Assembly: GCF_009914755.1 (NCBI RefSeq)
Contig: NC_060935.1
Strand: one strand, 5' to 3'
DNA: 64,000 nt
Origin: the human T2T-CHM13v2.0 reference genome, Homo sapiens
Shown here in pieces: positions 37,850 through 51,312 of this stretch; position 1 is the first letter of the stretch; the number at the start of each line of letters is the position of its first letter. Made by a program: the position numbers and the translations under genes. Below the pieces are notes generated by a model that saw only the letters and a list, made by a program, of their open reading frames with translations, was not told the origin of the DNA and did not search any database.

Positions 37850-38360
37850 CAAACTATTTATCATGGTTTACAAAGTCCTTCATAATTGAGTACGAAACTA
37901 TGTCACCAGGTTCATCTTGCATCCTGTTTGCTTCTCCTACACACGCAGCCCAGTTTCCAGTCATAATTAATTTCTTCACCATTCCACAAATAAAGCATCA
38001 CCATCACTAGTAATCATCATTATTCATTATGGTTTTATATGTTGATGACTTTGCCTGTTGTGTATAGAATGTCTTTCCTTCCCCTACCCAACCTGACAAG
38101 CTCTTCTGCTGCCTCCAAGACCCATTTCAGATGACTTCTCTTCCAGAAAAACCTTCCTTAGATCCTGAGACCGAGCTAGTCTGTCCTTTCTGTGTGCTCC
38201 CACAAAGCTTTGTTAAACACTAGTCACCTCAACTATATGATATTCTCTCTCTGACTACCTCAAGGTAAGACTTGGGTCTTATTCCTTTTGGGGCATCCCT
38301 AGCAGCACCTTTTATAATATCTGACAGAGTTGGCATTCAATAAATATGTGTTGAATTAAT
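37850..38360 (+). mobile_element. L2 3' region
   Basis: gaatgtctttcc...cttctcttccagaaaaccttcc...ggcattcaataaatatgtgttgaattaat. Confidence 0.7.
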
Positions 38361-39286
38361 GCATGGGAGAAAGAAGTGTTCTCCAGGTAGTTACCATGAT
38401 GGATTTGAATGCAGAGTGATGGTGAACAATGAAAGAAAGGAGGGGGAGTCATTTTACTGGAAGTCAAAGGGATTAGCTCTTGCATCATGCAGTGCAGCTG
38501 ACCGCTCCCAGAAGGGAGACGTCCAAATGTAAGATGCAGTGCAGAACATTAAATATTGAAAGCAAAAGTTAAATATTAAATTTTAATATGAAACATTAAT
38601 GCCAATAAACAAAACCAGCCAGAGAGGGACAAAATTAGGACCAGGCCGTGGTCAAAAAGGAAAGAGTCATGGCTCAGACTGAAAGCTGACCATGGCCTGG
38701 ACTTTCCCAGCAGGGCTCATTGGTAATGGTCACACCCATCGAATTTCCCGGGAGAAGCAGTTGAAGGGGGGAGAAAACCTTTTATAACCCACAGCCGTAA
38801 AACTCAAGTCTTTCCTACAAAACAAAACACAGTAAAGTGTTTTAGGACCGCCAAGGCTTCAGAACTCATGGTACAGTGGAACAAAAATAGAGGCAGCAGA
38901 GAGGAAAATATGAGGTTGCTGAACCCTTGGGGCAGGAATCCTATCTTTGCTTGCACTGTGTGGGACTGGGCTCGTGTGCAGCCAAGTTGGGCAGAAAGAA
39001 ACAACAACAAGAGTCATAAAAGGAACAAAAATAATGGGCTGCTCCTGTTGATGCCAATGGGTGTTTTGCCTGAATGGAAAACAACCCTGGGAACAGAATA
39101 TTGAAACTAGTGCTCAAGATCTACACTCATTAGGGCCCAAAGCTTACTCCACCTGGAGATTCAGCAGCACTGTGTCTACTGTGACTGTTCAGGGTCAAGG
39201 GCCTTGTAGGACTCAAGCTAGGCCTGAAAGCTCATAAATTGTGTGTTTTCCATCAAAAAGCTAGTCACTTTGGTTGGTAAAACTGT

Positions 39287-39615
39287 TGATATGGTTTGGC
39301 TGTGTTCCCACCCAACTCTCATCTTATCATGGGAGGGACCCTGGAAGAGGTAATTGAATCATGGGGGTGGGTGTTTCCTGTGCTGTTCTCGTGATAGTGA
39401 ATAAGTCATGAGATCTGACGGTTTTATAAAGGGGAGTTTACCTTGCACAAGTTCTGTCTTTTCTGTTGCCATATAAGATGTGTCTTTTGCCTTCCACCAT
39501 GATTGTGAGGCCTCCCCAGCCATGTGGAACTGTGAGTACATTAAACCTCTTTTTCTTTATAAATTACTCAATCTCAGGTATGTCTTTATCAGCAATGTGA
39601 AAACTGACTAATACA
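39287..39615 (+). mobile_element. THE1B-like MaLR solo LTR with 5-bp TSD
   Basis: tgatatggtttggctgtg...gactaataca, flanked by ACTGT at 39282-39286 and 39616-39620. Confidence 0.95.
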
Positions 39616-40940
39616 ACTGTCATTAGGCAAGGCGTTGGGTTAGATATCAGAAAGGTTTGGGTAACTTATTCCTGCACCTATGTTCAAATCTTGCTTGATA
39701 ATCTTAGTTTATGACAAGTTCTTATTCTAAAAATGAAAGCTAGACCACAGGACCAGATCAGATTCTTTCAGGACAACTGCAGTGAGGTATTAGGAATCAA
39801 AATCCGTGACCATGGAAAGGAAATAATTTCAGGGCATTGGCCTTCAGGGTCAAGATGACACAGAAGACTATTTGTCTTGCTTTAAGCTTCAGAGAAGAGG
39901 GGAGAAGTGAAGAATTCTGAGAGTAAGATCCCCATCATAGCAAAGGTCTCACATAACCAGTCCCTAGGTTACAGGAAATTTAAGAGGTCACTGGATGCAA
40001 AGCCCCTACCCCAGGCCATGCTGTCACCTAATCTGGGAAAGACACAAAAGTGTTCAGGACATCAAGACAGAGGAAGTGCTCCAACAAACAAGTCTCCCAT
40101 TCCCTGAGAACTCTTACAATTTCCAGGGGAAATATGGATGTGATGATAAAGGAATGAGGGTAATTTAGCTGGAAGGATAATCTTCACAAGAAATTAGCAA
40201 GCATAAGGGGGAAAATGAGCATGGATTGGTGGTTTAATTTTAACCATATGGAAGGATTAACTGATCGGTGCTATCAAGTAACCGTATCAAGTGAAAGTCA
40301 ATCAGGAGACAGCTTGGGGGAAAATTAGGTTTTCTTGAAGGAAACAAGGTATGAAAGTGGATGCTGGAGCCAAGAATCACAGAGTCCATATTATGTGATG
40401 TTTTCTTTCTTCAAGTTCTCTTTGTTTTTTGTGATATATTTTGGTTACTTTTCCTTCTTTCAAATCTATTTGAGCATTTTTATCTGGCCTGTTGCCTCTT
40501 TCTCCCCACTTTTGTCTAGCTCAACGCAGTCACATGATGCTGACGAAGGTTAGCCTTAGAAGTTAGGGTAGCCTGCTGAGTTTCAGAAGAGAAAGAGAAA
40601 TTTTAATACGGGTAAACTTTGCTATTCTTGATGTATACAACCTCACCTGTGTCTACACCTGGGTGAATATAATTGGCTCCTCTGGTAGAATATTGCCTCT
40701 TATACAAATAATGTTGAGTGCATTTTACAGGAAAAAAACAGAAGTTATAGTTTGCTGTTAGCAATACCAAATTATTCTTAATGCCTCACAAAATACAGAG
40801 AAAAGATTAATGAGCCAGACGGTCAGGAATAGAGCCCAGTTTTCACACTGACTCACTGGATGACTCTGAGCTGAGCTGAGTTACTCAACATTACTGAGCT
40901 TCAGTTTCCATGCCTGGAATATTACAGGATGAGACCAGAT

Positions 40941-41150
40941 AAGTTGTTTTCAGACTATAACCCAAGGTTCCCTGATGGTTCAGGGAGAAGGGAGGCAGAG
41001 TCCACCACAAAAGCAAAGGCAAATTTGGACATTAGCTGCTTCAGCCAGAGTAGCTTCATTTCAATAACATTATTTATATATTGGACTTTTGCATAATGGT
41101 TTATGTTTAAAAATAGATTCATGCTTTAAAAAAATTGGAAGCTCATTGGA
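40941..41150 (-). mobile_element. MER112-like hAT-Charlie relic
   Basis: cttcagccagagtagcttcattt...tttatatattgg...aaaaaattggaagctcattg. Confidence 0.6.
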
Positions 41151-41413
41151 CTATAACAGATGATCACTGATACTTAACAATGCTGCCCCTTTCTGCCTCC
41201 TTTTACATAATTCGAGAATCTACCTTTCTGAATATGAAGGAATTCTAGGGATCACTTAGGTAACTTCCTTTCCTTGACATCTGAGGAAACTGAGGACCAG
41301 AAGCAGAAGAGACCTGCCCAGGACCTCATGCCAAGGTGGTGACTGAGCAAGTTTAGTCTTTTGATTATTATGGGTCAATTGCTTCCTCTACCAAATCAGT
41401 GATGGTGAAACAG

Positions 41414-41824
41414 TATATTAGTTTGTTAGGGCTGCCATAACTGATACCATAGACTGGGTGGCTTAAACAACAAAAGTTTGTGTCCTTACAGTTCTGGAGG
41501 CTAGAAGTACAAGATCAAGGTGCTGGCAGGGTTGGTTTCATTCTGAGATTTCTCTCTTTGGCTTGTCATCTCCTCCTCACCACCCTTCTTTTCCCCCCAT
41601 GGTCTTTCCTCTGTGAGTGTCTGTACCCTAATTGCCTCTTCTTCTAAGGACACCAGTTATATTAGATTAGGGCCCATCCATAAAAGCCCATTTAATCTTA
41701 ATTACCTCTTTAGAGGCCCTATCTCCAAATACAGCCTCTTTCTGAAGTAACTGTGGGTTAGGACTTTAACACACAAATTTTGGGGGCGTGACGGGAACAC
41801 ACAATCACAATCCAGCCCTTAATA
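41414..41824 (-). mobile_element. MLT1A0-like MaLR solo LTR
   Basis: attagtttgttagggctgccataac...gttctggaggctagaag..caagatcaagg...aaggacaccagt..attagggccca. Confidence 0.9.
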
Positions 41825-42198
41825 CCTGGCGATTGTAGAGACCATCTAGAGAGTTCTTTTTTTTCTTTGTTTCAATACATTTGAAATAGTAACATATGCA
41901 CTTGTTCAAAAGAAGTGCAAGCAGTTCAGAATGGTATACAGTGAATAATCACACTAGCTTTCCAGTTTCTTTTACCTGGCCTGGAACAACTACTGTTGCT
42001 ATTTCTTGTGCATCTTTCCAGAAATAGTTTAAGTATATTTAAACCTATAATATATGAGTGTCTCCCTAGTAAATACTGAAGAGATTTAAAACAAAAACTT
42101 TCCTCTGGCTTAATTCCAGATTAATTAAATTAGAATCTTAGAGGTGGGGTGGCCCAAGTGTCTGCAATGATAGGGTAGATTTGGAAAACTGCTCTAGA

Positions 42199-42367
42199 CC
42201 CTGGCTACTCAGAGACTGGGGTCTGAGACCCAGCAGCCTCTGCAGCACCTAGGAGGTTGTTAGAAATGCAGAATCTCAGCCCCCACCCCAGAACTACTGA
42301 TTGGAATCTGCACTTTAATAAGATCTTCTCTTAGGTAATTTGAATGTAGACAAAGTTTGAGAAGCTA
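42199..42367. mobile_element. MER5A/MER5A1
   Basis: ttgttagaaatgcagaatctcagcccccaccccagaactactga..gaatctgcactttaataagatc...aagtttgagaagc. Confidence 0.85.
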
Positions 42368-44024
42368 GGGAACTTACCTTTTTACTGGAATTTCCGCTGG
42401 GCCTTCTAATCAGTAGGGGATTATATTGAGCAAGCCCAGCCACAGGAGAGGAGAATGTGCCGATGCCTCTATGGGCAGAAGACAGGCTTGCATGGTAGCC
42501 TGTCTCTTGGGCCAACAAATCCTCTGATTTCATTTCCCCCACAAAGAAGGGGAAGGGACAGCCTCAAGAACTGCCTTGCCATACCTTTCTTTTGCAAATT
42601 CTCAAGCCCCAGTTTGGGATGGCAGTTCCTGAAAAGCCTATTTCAGGTGATCCCAGTTCTGCAATTAGACAATCTTTTGATGGGGAACAAATGTGTCCAC
42701 CGTGAGCTGGAGAATGGCTCCGGTAAACCAAAGCAAACACACTGCAGAATTGGCAGCCCAGCTTTCCTCTGGCCTGGTGCAATAAATTGCTGAGGCCATC
42801 ATCCGTGGCAAATAACCCAGCTAGGCTGCCTGGCGGGCCCGGGAGGGAGGGAACAAGGAAGGGAGGTGTCATCCAGTCAATTAGCCACAGAAAGAGCATT
42901 CCTTCCTGGAGGGTGGATTTACCTCTTTTCAGCACCACTAACTCAAATGTCAAACAAGTTGTAACTGCCATGAAGAATAGGCCTTAGCTACAGTATTTTC
43001 TTTCTGTAAGAGAGGAAACAACCTGCCCCTTTCAGCTTTCCCTTTTGGAGTTCCAGGATTTGGAATGGGGCCAGGTGGACGGCTTGTTAGCAACTTTTCT
43101 ACTCCCTCCCAGCTCCTACCATCAGTACTGCTAAAGAAGACCACTCCTGAGTCTCCTAGAGCTGGTTGCAAAGCCAAAGCTAGAGGAGGGGGAGGAAACA
43201 ACCGTCTGGGGTGGCTGTGGCTAGATGTCAGCCTCGGTTAAATTAGAGGATGTTTCCAGCATCTGTAAATTCACCTAAAAAAGAGTTAATGAGGCCTTGG
43301 ATTCCACTCAACTCTGGAATGAACCAAGATGCCCTTCACAATCCTGTTATGCCAGGTGTTCGCCTCAAAGAGGCATTTATGGGAGACACCAGTTTTGGCA
43401 ATTCCCTTTGGCAACAACAGCCAAGCTGTGAGAACTGACCACCTGGGGGAATGTTAGGTGCCAAGAGCTTCTGTGGCTTGTCCAAAACCACTTGGCATGA
43501 AGACTGCTAGGATCACAAATCCCTGAACCTGAGCCCCAGAAGGCAGGCACTGCAGTTTGTGGACTGTCTTCATGGTGTGTCTGGCTGGCTCTTTGGTGTG
43601 GAAGGCATGTAGGAAAGTCTCAATGCTAGGCAATGGGGATGATGTCTGGGAGTGTATTCCACCAAACCCTGGAGCTGCTAGGGCACATCTGGCCCAACCT
43701 AGAACTTTAAGGCTGGTGGACATCTCCATCAGGGAGGAGACAGCTTTCCAAAGTGGTTCTCATTTTTATTCATTACTTGGTAGGGGGGTGAGGGAGGTGG
43801 TAGTGAACATTTGACCTCCACTTAGGGGGACTGTGTAGACACAGACAAACTTTGATGCTCAGGGACTAAGAGGGCATGTTAATCAAGGCAGCAAGGGGCA
43901 GGAGGAAATGTTGAGTGAGCAAAAGCTGATTCCTTTGGGTGGCGCTGAATGGTAGGGGCTGAATTCTAAGAGGAGTGAGCAGGGCTGGAAACGAGAGAAA
44001 GCAAACAATCAAAAATCTGGTGGA

Positions 44025-44320
44025 AGATGGGCACAGTGGCTCATGCCTGTAATTCCAGCACTTTGGGAAGCCGAGGCAGGCAGATCACTTGAGGTCAGGA
44101 GTTTGAGACCATCCTGGCCAACATGGCAAAACCCTGTCCCTACTAAAAATATAAAAATTAGCCTGGTGTGGTGGCATGTGCCTGTAATCCAAGCTACTTG
44201 GGAGGCTGAGGCAGGAGAATCACTTAAGCCCAGGAGGTGGAGGTTGTAGTGATCATGCCTCTGCACTCCAGCGTGGGTGACAGAGTGAGACTCAGTCTCA
44301 AAAAAAAAAAAAAAAAAAAA
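44025..44320 (+). mobile_element. AluS (Sz/Sx-like), full length, with TSD
   Basis: Complete dimer plus poly(A). TSD aaaatc(t/a)ggtgga on both sides. Confidence 0.95.
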
Positions 44321-44727
44321 AATCAGGTGGAATAGGAACAGAATGTGGAGTGAGACCAAGAGCAAAAACTGAGCCTGGGGGCTCCTAACTGGTTTTTCCT
44401 GGCTTCCTGATTAGAGCATGACACCATTAACACATCATCAGCTTAATTTAAAGAAATGAAATAGGGGGTAAACATAGACACAATACACACAAAATGCAAA
44501 TACCTCGTTCCCTAAACTGTGCACATAAAGCTGTGGTTATTCAGGTCCCTCTCTGGCCATGATGCACCAATAATAGTTTCATGCTCAGGCATGTGGACGA
44601 CAGTTTGTCAAACCCTAGTCTAAAACATGCTCTTGATTTCTTGGAGAGCAAAGGGGCATTCATAAACTGTGGTCTCCACTGATGGTTTGTCTCCTGTTTT
44701 TCTCACCTGGGCAATCAATAAAATTAA

Positions 44728-44975
44728 TAGCTAATACTAATATAATGCTTACTGTGTTATGGGTACTGTTCAAAGTACCATAGAGACATTTACTCATTTA
44801 ATCATTACAGCAATACTATGAGGTAGGTGCTAATATTATGCTGTTTTACAGATGAGATAACTGAGGTACAGAGAGGGTAAGGAATTTTCTCAAGGTCATA
44901 TGATTAGTGAGTGGCAGAGAATGGATAGAAATCCCAATGAACTATCTCCGGAACTGTGCATTTAACCTCTACACC
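44728..44975 (-). mobile_element. MIR SINE, near full length
   Basis: aatagctaatac...tactcatttaatc...ttttacagatgagataactgaggtacagagagggtaag. Confidence 0.88.
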
Positions 44976-45687
44976 GAATTGTATCTTGAGCTCACTGTTC
45001 TACTCTTACAGCTTAATACAGTTATTTTCCTCTAGATTGGCCTGAAGGATTGGCAAAAACACCTACACAGTAGATTCTTTATAAAAACCCTTCATATATT
45101 TGGAGGAAGTATTTGAGCTAAGCCTAGGCCATCTCTGTCAGGGTTTCTGTGGAGCTCATGGGCAGGCTTTCAGAAGTACTTTGTCCAAGAAACTTCAAAA
45201 TAGAGCTCTCCAGTAGATCCATAACCAAATGAGGGAGACAAGGTAAATGCTTCAAGGAATTTTTGCTGCTTTCAAAAAACAATAAATGGGATGCATTTCA
45301 TAAATCGCACAGACTTTTAAAAATCCTTTTGTCTCTCTTCCTTAATTTATTCTTACCCCCAAACTGTTCTAGTGCCTCTCTCTTCCCCTGTTCATATTCT
45401 CCTCAAAACCCATGCCATTCTCCTCCCAGAAGTGGCATCTGGAGATAAACCTCCTACGGCTATTAAAGGATTAGGCAGCTTTGGGTCCTCTGTTCTTTGT
45501 ACAAACCCTGTAGAAGACACAGTACCTTCCAGGAAGTTTAGTTCTTTTCTTGCTTTGACTATTTCTTTATGAGGAATACTCCTGGAAAATTTCTAGAAAA
45601 CAAAATTCTTGCTTGTTACATTAATAAATATCATATGTCAGGATCTCCAACATGGCAGTCCCAGTGCTAAGTCCTTCAAGTTTGCTA

Positions 45688-46019
45688 TAGTCATGTGCCA
45701 TATAATAAGGTTTCAGTCAACAATGGGCTGCATACAAGGCAGTGGTTCCACAAATTCACAATACTGTATTCTTTTCTATGCTTAGATATGTTTAGATGCA
45801 CAGATACCATTGTGTTACGGTTGCCTATAGTATTCAGTACAGGAAAAGCTGTACAGGTTTGTAGTCTATGAACAATAGGCTATACCATATAACCTGGGTG
45901 TGTAGTAGGCTATACCATAAGGATTGTGTGAGTACACTCTATGATGTTCACACAGCAACAAAATTACCTAATGAAAAATGACTCAGAACATATCCCCTTT
46001 GTTAAGTGATGCATGACAG
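45688..46019. mobile_element. Tigger3a (MER7A)-like TcMar MITE with TA TSDs
   Basis: TA-tagtcatgtgcca...gttaagtgatgcatgacag-TA; internal aataggctataccatat...gtgtagtaggctatacc. Confidence 0.88.
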
Positions 46020-46330
46020 TATTTAATTGTATCTTTACAATAGCCCTCCTAGAAATGTATTACTGATATACTAATTTTACAGATGAGAAATTTTAGGCTC
46101 AGAGAGATTAAATCTCAGAAAGATTATGCCTAAGATCATATGGCTAATAAGTACGAAGTCAGACCCAGGTTTCAAATGTTCGTGTTTCTTCCGGAGTGAT
46201 CTGCAGAGTTCAATGATCCGAACTAATCAGGGGTGCTTGATACAATGCAAATTCATGGTCCACCCTAGACCAAGTTATTACGAGGAGTGGAGCTGAGGAA
46301 TCTTAGTAAACATTAAAATGCCCAAACCTC

Positions 46331-47269
46331 TGTTTGTTTGTACAAACAAACTATTTTCCTCTGTACTTAGACTCAACACAGCACAGTTATGTGACCAAAT
46401 GTGTAGAGTTTTTGTACCCACATCAGCAATTCTCCAATTTCTGTGGACACCAACAGGGTGTCCTGCAACTGAATTCTGACACTATGTACCTGAACACACC
46501 ATCAGATTCCACAAGTTAAGGGGTCAGTCCCACAAGATTGCCCCTGCTTCAGATGCCAGTTGTAAGTCCACATTGTCACCTGTAGTTCTGACTGATGGAC
46601 TATAAATTAGAGGTTCCCACGACCTCCTTCTCAGGTTTGATCATTTGCTAGAATGGTTCTCAGAACTCAGAGAAACACTTTTCTTAAGTTACTTATTTAT
46701 CATAAAAGAACATAAGTCAGGAACAACCAGATGGAAGAGAGGCACAGGGAAAGATATGGGAGAAGAGACATGTAGCTTCCATGTGCCACTTCCCAGAACC
46801 TCCACCTTCTACTAACACAGAAGCTCTCTGAAACCTGTCCTTTTGTGTTTTAATGAAAGTTTCATTATGTAGGCATGATTGGTTAAATCACTGGCCATTG
46901 GTGATTAACTCAACTCCTCTCTTCTCCCTGGAGGATGAGAGGTGGGGCTGAGTTCCAAGCTTCTAATCATGGCTTGGCCTTTCTGGTGATCAGTCCTCAT
47001 CCAGGAGCACTCCAAGTGTGGCCTCATTAGAGCAAAAGCTGTTCCTATCACCCAGGAAATTCCAAGGGATTTAGGAGCTCTGGGTCAGAAGCTCCTATCA
47101 CTCAGGAAATTCCAAGGGATTTAGGAGCTTTGGGTCAAGAACCAAGGTCTAAGACCAAATATTAGAATAAAAGACACTCCTAGCACCCCTATTTACAAGG
47201 CTTTTAGGAGCTTTGTGCCAGGATCTGCGGATGAAGACATATATATTTCTTATTACATCAAATATCACA
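46331..47269 (-). mobile_element. MER21-family ERVL LTR
   Basis: aattctgacactatgtacctg...cagtcccacaaga..ttcagatgccagt...tttgctagaatgg..cagaactcag...caggaaattccaagggatttaggagct...aatatcaca. Confidence 0.88.
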
Positions 47270-49954
47270 ACCTCTTGTCATAATTTCTTACCTTATTGCT
47301 ACAGCTTTTCCCTTCCCAACACCTTCCCTCCCCAGTCAGGTTTCTCCAGCCACAGGACCTGCCAAGCCTCAAACTAGCCTCTTTCCTGCAGGTGCATTCC
47401 CAGGACTTTTACTCCCCTCTCCTTCCCCACAGAATAAGGACTAGCAACAAGCCCTTGCTTCCTTCTGGGCCTGGATTGGTATTTTCCATTTGCAAAACAC
47501 TTTTTCTCCTCCCTAAACCCTCTGACATCTCTGAATAGGGTGTCTATTCTATTCAAAATCAGAAAACAAACAAGGCTCCCAGCTATAAGGATCCAGGGAG
47601 GGAGGGACTCCAGCTGTCTGTGGCTGCTAGAGGGAGGGATTCAGGCCTTGACCCAGCTCTCTGGAGCAAATGACACCTGGAAAAGAGCAGGTGTCAGCAT
47701 CGGAGAAAGAGTTCTGGCTGGGAATGAGAGATCCAGGTTCTACTCCTTGCTCTGCTGCTGACTTCCAGCAAGTCCCTGGCCTCTATGTGGTCCATCTGCA
47801 CCATAAGGGGTTCACCAACAACAGTATGAAGCCTCCTGCCCCTCTTCAAGAGCCTGTGATCCTAGAAATGTTGGATGTTAGACCATCTGGGAGGCATCCC
47901 AGACAAGCTATGGTTGGGGCAGGAGGGTACATTTTGTCTCACACTCTAGGTCAGCCTGGACAGTTTTGTTCTCTTCTCTGACATTAAACTGCAGCACAAT
48001 GGGCACTTCTACTTAAACAAGGTTGCAGCTGGATGTGGTCAATGGTAAAAAGGTCACTTAGACATTTGTTAAATGAAATTTCCTAAATGTCTCCTATTTT
48101 CCAGGTACTATGCTAGGTACCTAGCAAAGATGACGCTTGCGAAGTATTTATCACATGCCTAGCGAGTGTTTCACACGCATCACCTCATTTAATCCTTAAA
48201 ACAATCCTACAAAGTAGATATAATTATTACCCCCATATTATAGGTAAAGAAATGAATGCTCAGAAAAGGTGGACTAGGGTTGCATCCAGACTGCAGAGCT
48301 CCTGCTCTTCAGCAGTACACTGCATCATCTGCTCTTGTCCAAGGCATGGGCTGCCAGCAGGGCCTTCTTTTCCAAGGTCTGGCTGGGCTCCTGGTATCCC
48401 TGCCTCACTTGCCCATATAGATTTCTACATCCACCTGCTGCCCCATTGCTGCCTTCTTCACCCTACCTCTTGGCTGACTCCTTTTCCCAGCCTCCAGACC
48501 ACAGTCCAGACCCTGGCCTTCTCTCTCTGGATGAGAACCACAGCCTGCTTGCTGGCTTGCTGGGACCCAGCCTGCTCTATCCAGTGCACACTCTCTGATT
48601 CATTTCCAAGAGGTCCATGGCAAACAGGTCAACCCAGCTCAGGACCAGAGCCAGGGCCACCTCTTTGGCCCCCACAGCTCATGTTATACCAAGTGCAAGC
48701 TTGGCCTTCCAGACCCACCACAGCCTGGACCTTGAGTATCCACCTCAGCTTGGCCTTCACCTCTTAGAACACCCCTGAAGGGAGAGCAAGTCTGTGGGGC
48801 CTGACATGCCTTACACAATCTGTGTCTCACAATAATCCTTCTTTTGTCCTCATTTTACAGGCTTGGAAATGGAGGTTAGACTTTCCCCAAATCAGGCAGC
48901 TGGTAAACATTTGGAATTTGAACACAAATGATATGGCTTCCATCTCATGCCCTGCACAGGCATTTTCCTAACTCTGGTTATCTCTTTGCTATTTTCATGA
49001 TTTTTTTTTTGCAATAGTCTCATTATGTTAGCCTTATAATTTAATATTTTTCTTTCAAACAACCCACTTTTAATACTTTTTACTTTAATATATCTTGCCT
49101 CATCCTGAATTACAAAATATAAGAAAATCACAGGTTTGATATACCAGTTGATTTTTCTAATATATGTTCAAATCGATTATTCATACATTTATCCAGGTGC
49201 TAGTGATGCTCTTAGCTTTTCTCATCGTTCTTCACAGATATAATTCTAATGACAGGGATGATGATAGACAGCCTGGGGTATTGGAAAGATCTGAAACCAG
49301 AGGAAGGAAAAGCTGGCTTCTTGGCCTGACTGTGTAGCTACAAAGCCATTCGACTTTGGGAGAGGAGGCTCCCAGCCACCACTGAAAAATGAGATCCCTG
49401 GACAAGCGTGGTCTCTGGAGCTTCTTTCAACTCTGCCACCCTGGATCCTCCTTCTCTCCAGATCATGTGGTCAGCAACCAGCAGCAGGAAAGTTCCCCAA
49501 TTTTCCAGGGCTACTGTTGGGATTTGGCATATCATATATATAAAGTACCCAGCACAATGCCTGGCACAGCATAGGTGCTGGGGAGATACTAGTCTTCTTT
49601 TCCCACCAGAGCTGCTGCAGCTCAGATGTCCCTCTCTGAGGGATCCCAGGCTGGAGTGGTTAGAGGGCAGTAGGAAAAAGATAGTCATTTCTTTCCCCTT
49701 TCCTATCCCTCTGTGCTAAACCCCCTCCCCACCTGCCAGGAACAAGGAAGGAAAAGAAACCAGAGAGGAGAGGCTGGTGCAGCTGGAGCCGGGGAGGGCT
49801 GTAAAATAATCAGAGGGCAGCCGGCAGGTATCACTTTGCAATGATTGCTCTGGGAGGTTGTGTGGAAGTGAGGGACTGAGTCGCAATCATGAAACATTAG
49901 CACGTTGACATGCGTGGCCCCAGCAGAGCAGGGCTCTCTGGTTACAAGAGAGCT

Positions 49955-49967
49955 TGACCTCTGACCT
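49955..49967 (-). promoter_or_regulatory. Perfect DR1 nuclear-receptor element (candidate)
   Basis: TGACCTcTGACCT, i.e. AGGTCAgAGGTCA on the minus strand. Confidence 0.45.
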
Positions 49968-50784
49968 GGCCCCTCAAAGCTGGGCAACTGAGGACATTCC
50001 AGCCACCAGGTCTGAGGCCAGGCTATGTGGGGAGGTCCCGTTGCCTTAGAGGAACTCTAAACCCCTTGCTCACCTATGACCCGTTATGCTGGAGAGACTT
50101 CTGGGTGGACCTCTCTGCTGGATAGACATCAGTACTCTTGTCGGATGCTGGGTAGGTGGTCTGCTGATGTTGAGGCAGCTGAAAGCCTGTTTCAGACACA
50201 GTCCCTTTTGCCTGTGGCTTGGAGCCAAGCTGCCTGGAGTTCTACCTCTGAAAGGCTGTGTGACTTTACAAAGTCACTTACTCTCTCTGAGTCTTAGTTT
50301 CTTTGTTCATAAATGGGGATACAGATATGAAGCTGTCAAGGTTAATATAAGGGTTAAATCAAGTATTGTGCATAATGAATCCAGAGCAAAATCTGTAGAT
50401 AAGATCAGGGGTGAGCAAAAGACTACCAAAATACTAGGAGAAATAGAGGTTGTATTCGGTTTCTCTCTCTGCTAAGGAGAGCTGGGGCAGTATCTTAGAT
50501 TCAGTGTTGATGCCTATGGGAGGGTATGGAATGAACTTCTCACTCACCCCAACAATGTCTGTGTTTGCAGAAGAAACCCCCTGCCCTCTTGGATATGTAT
50601 GTAAATCAGAGGGCTGATAAACACAGTATAGGGGCTTATCTGTGATCTCCTAAGCAGACCAGTGAAAGATGGGGATTTTCAGGCTCAGAAAACGGCATGG
50701 GTAGCTTGCCCCAGTCTCATCTTTTTGGTGCCTTTAGTGCACTGATATCTGCATGTCTTCTCTCCAAGGCTTGGCCTTCAAAAA

Positions 50785-51312
50785 ACTTCCCACAATGACC
50801 GCCAGTGATCCTCACCTCCTGGTATTCACACTTTTGTGTAGTCTTTTCCCACACTGAATCAGGGATGATATGTATGAGCAATAGATTATTACACGGGAAG
50901 AGGTCTGACTTTTAAGGCTAGGCTATAAAAGACATCATCACTTCCATCTTCATCTCTTGGATAATTTGTTGTGGGGGAAGTCACTGGCCATATTGTAAGA
51001 ATACTCAAGCACACTGTTGAGAGGCCTTTGTGGAGAGAAGCTAAGAATTTCTGCCAAGAGCCAGCACTAACTTGGCAGCTATGTGAGTGAGCCATGTTGA
51101 AAGTAAATTCTCTAGCCCCAGTCAAGCCTTCAGATGATTGTAGCCCACATCTTGACTGCAACTTCATAACAGTCCTTGAGCCAGAATTGTCCACCCAAGC
51201 CACTCTCAAATTCCTAGCCCATAGAAACTATGAGAGATAATAAATGTTTATTGTAGTTTTAAACCACTAAGCCTTGGAATCATTTGTTACACAGCAATAG
51301 ATAACTGATATG
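50785..51312 (+). mobile_element. MLT1F-like MaLR solo LTR
   Basis: gtgatcctcacctcctggtattcac...agccccagtcaagccttcagatga...tttgttacacagcaatagataactgata. Confidence 0.88.

Noticed and set aside
47041-47140. 2 x 50-bp tandem repeat, superficially array-like
   Set aside because: Lies inside the MER21 LTR, whose consensus I recall having these internal repeats. There are no spacers, so it is not CRISPR-like.
48252-48767. 171-aa ORF
   Set aside because: Starts inside a MIR and has no recognisable domain or exon structure; consistent with a chance ORF in GC-richer DNA.
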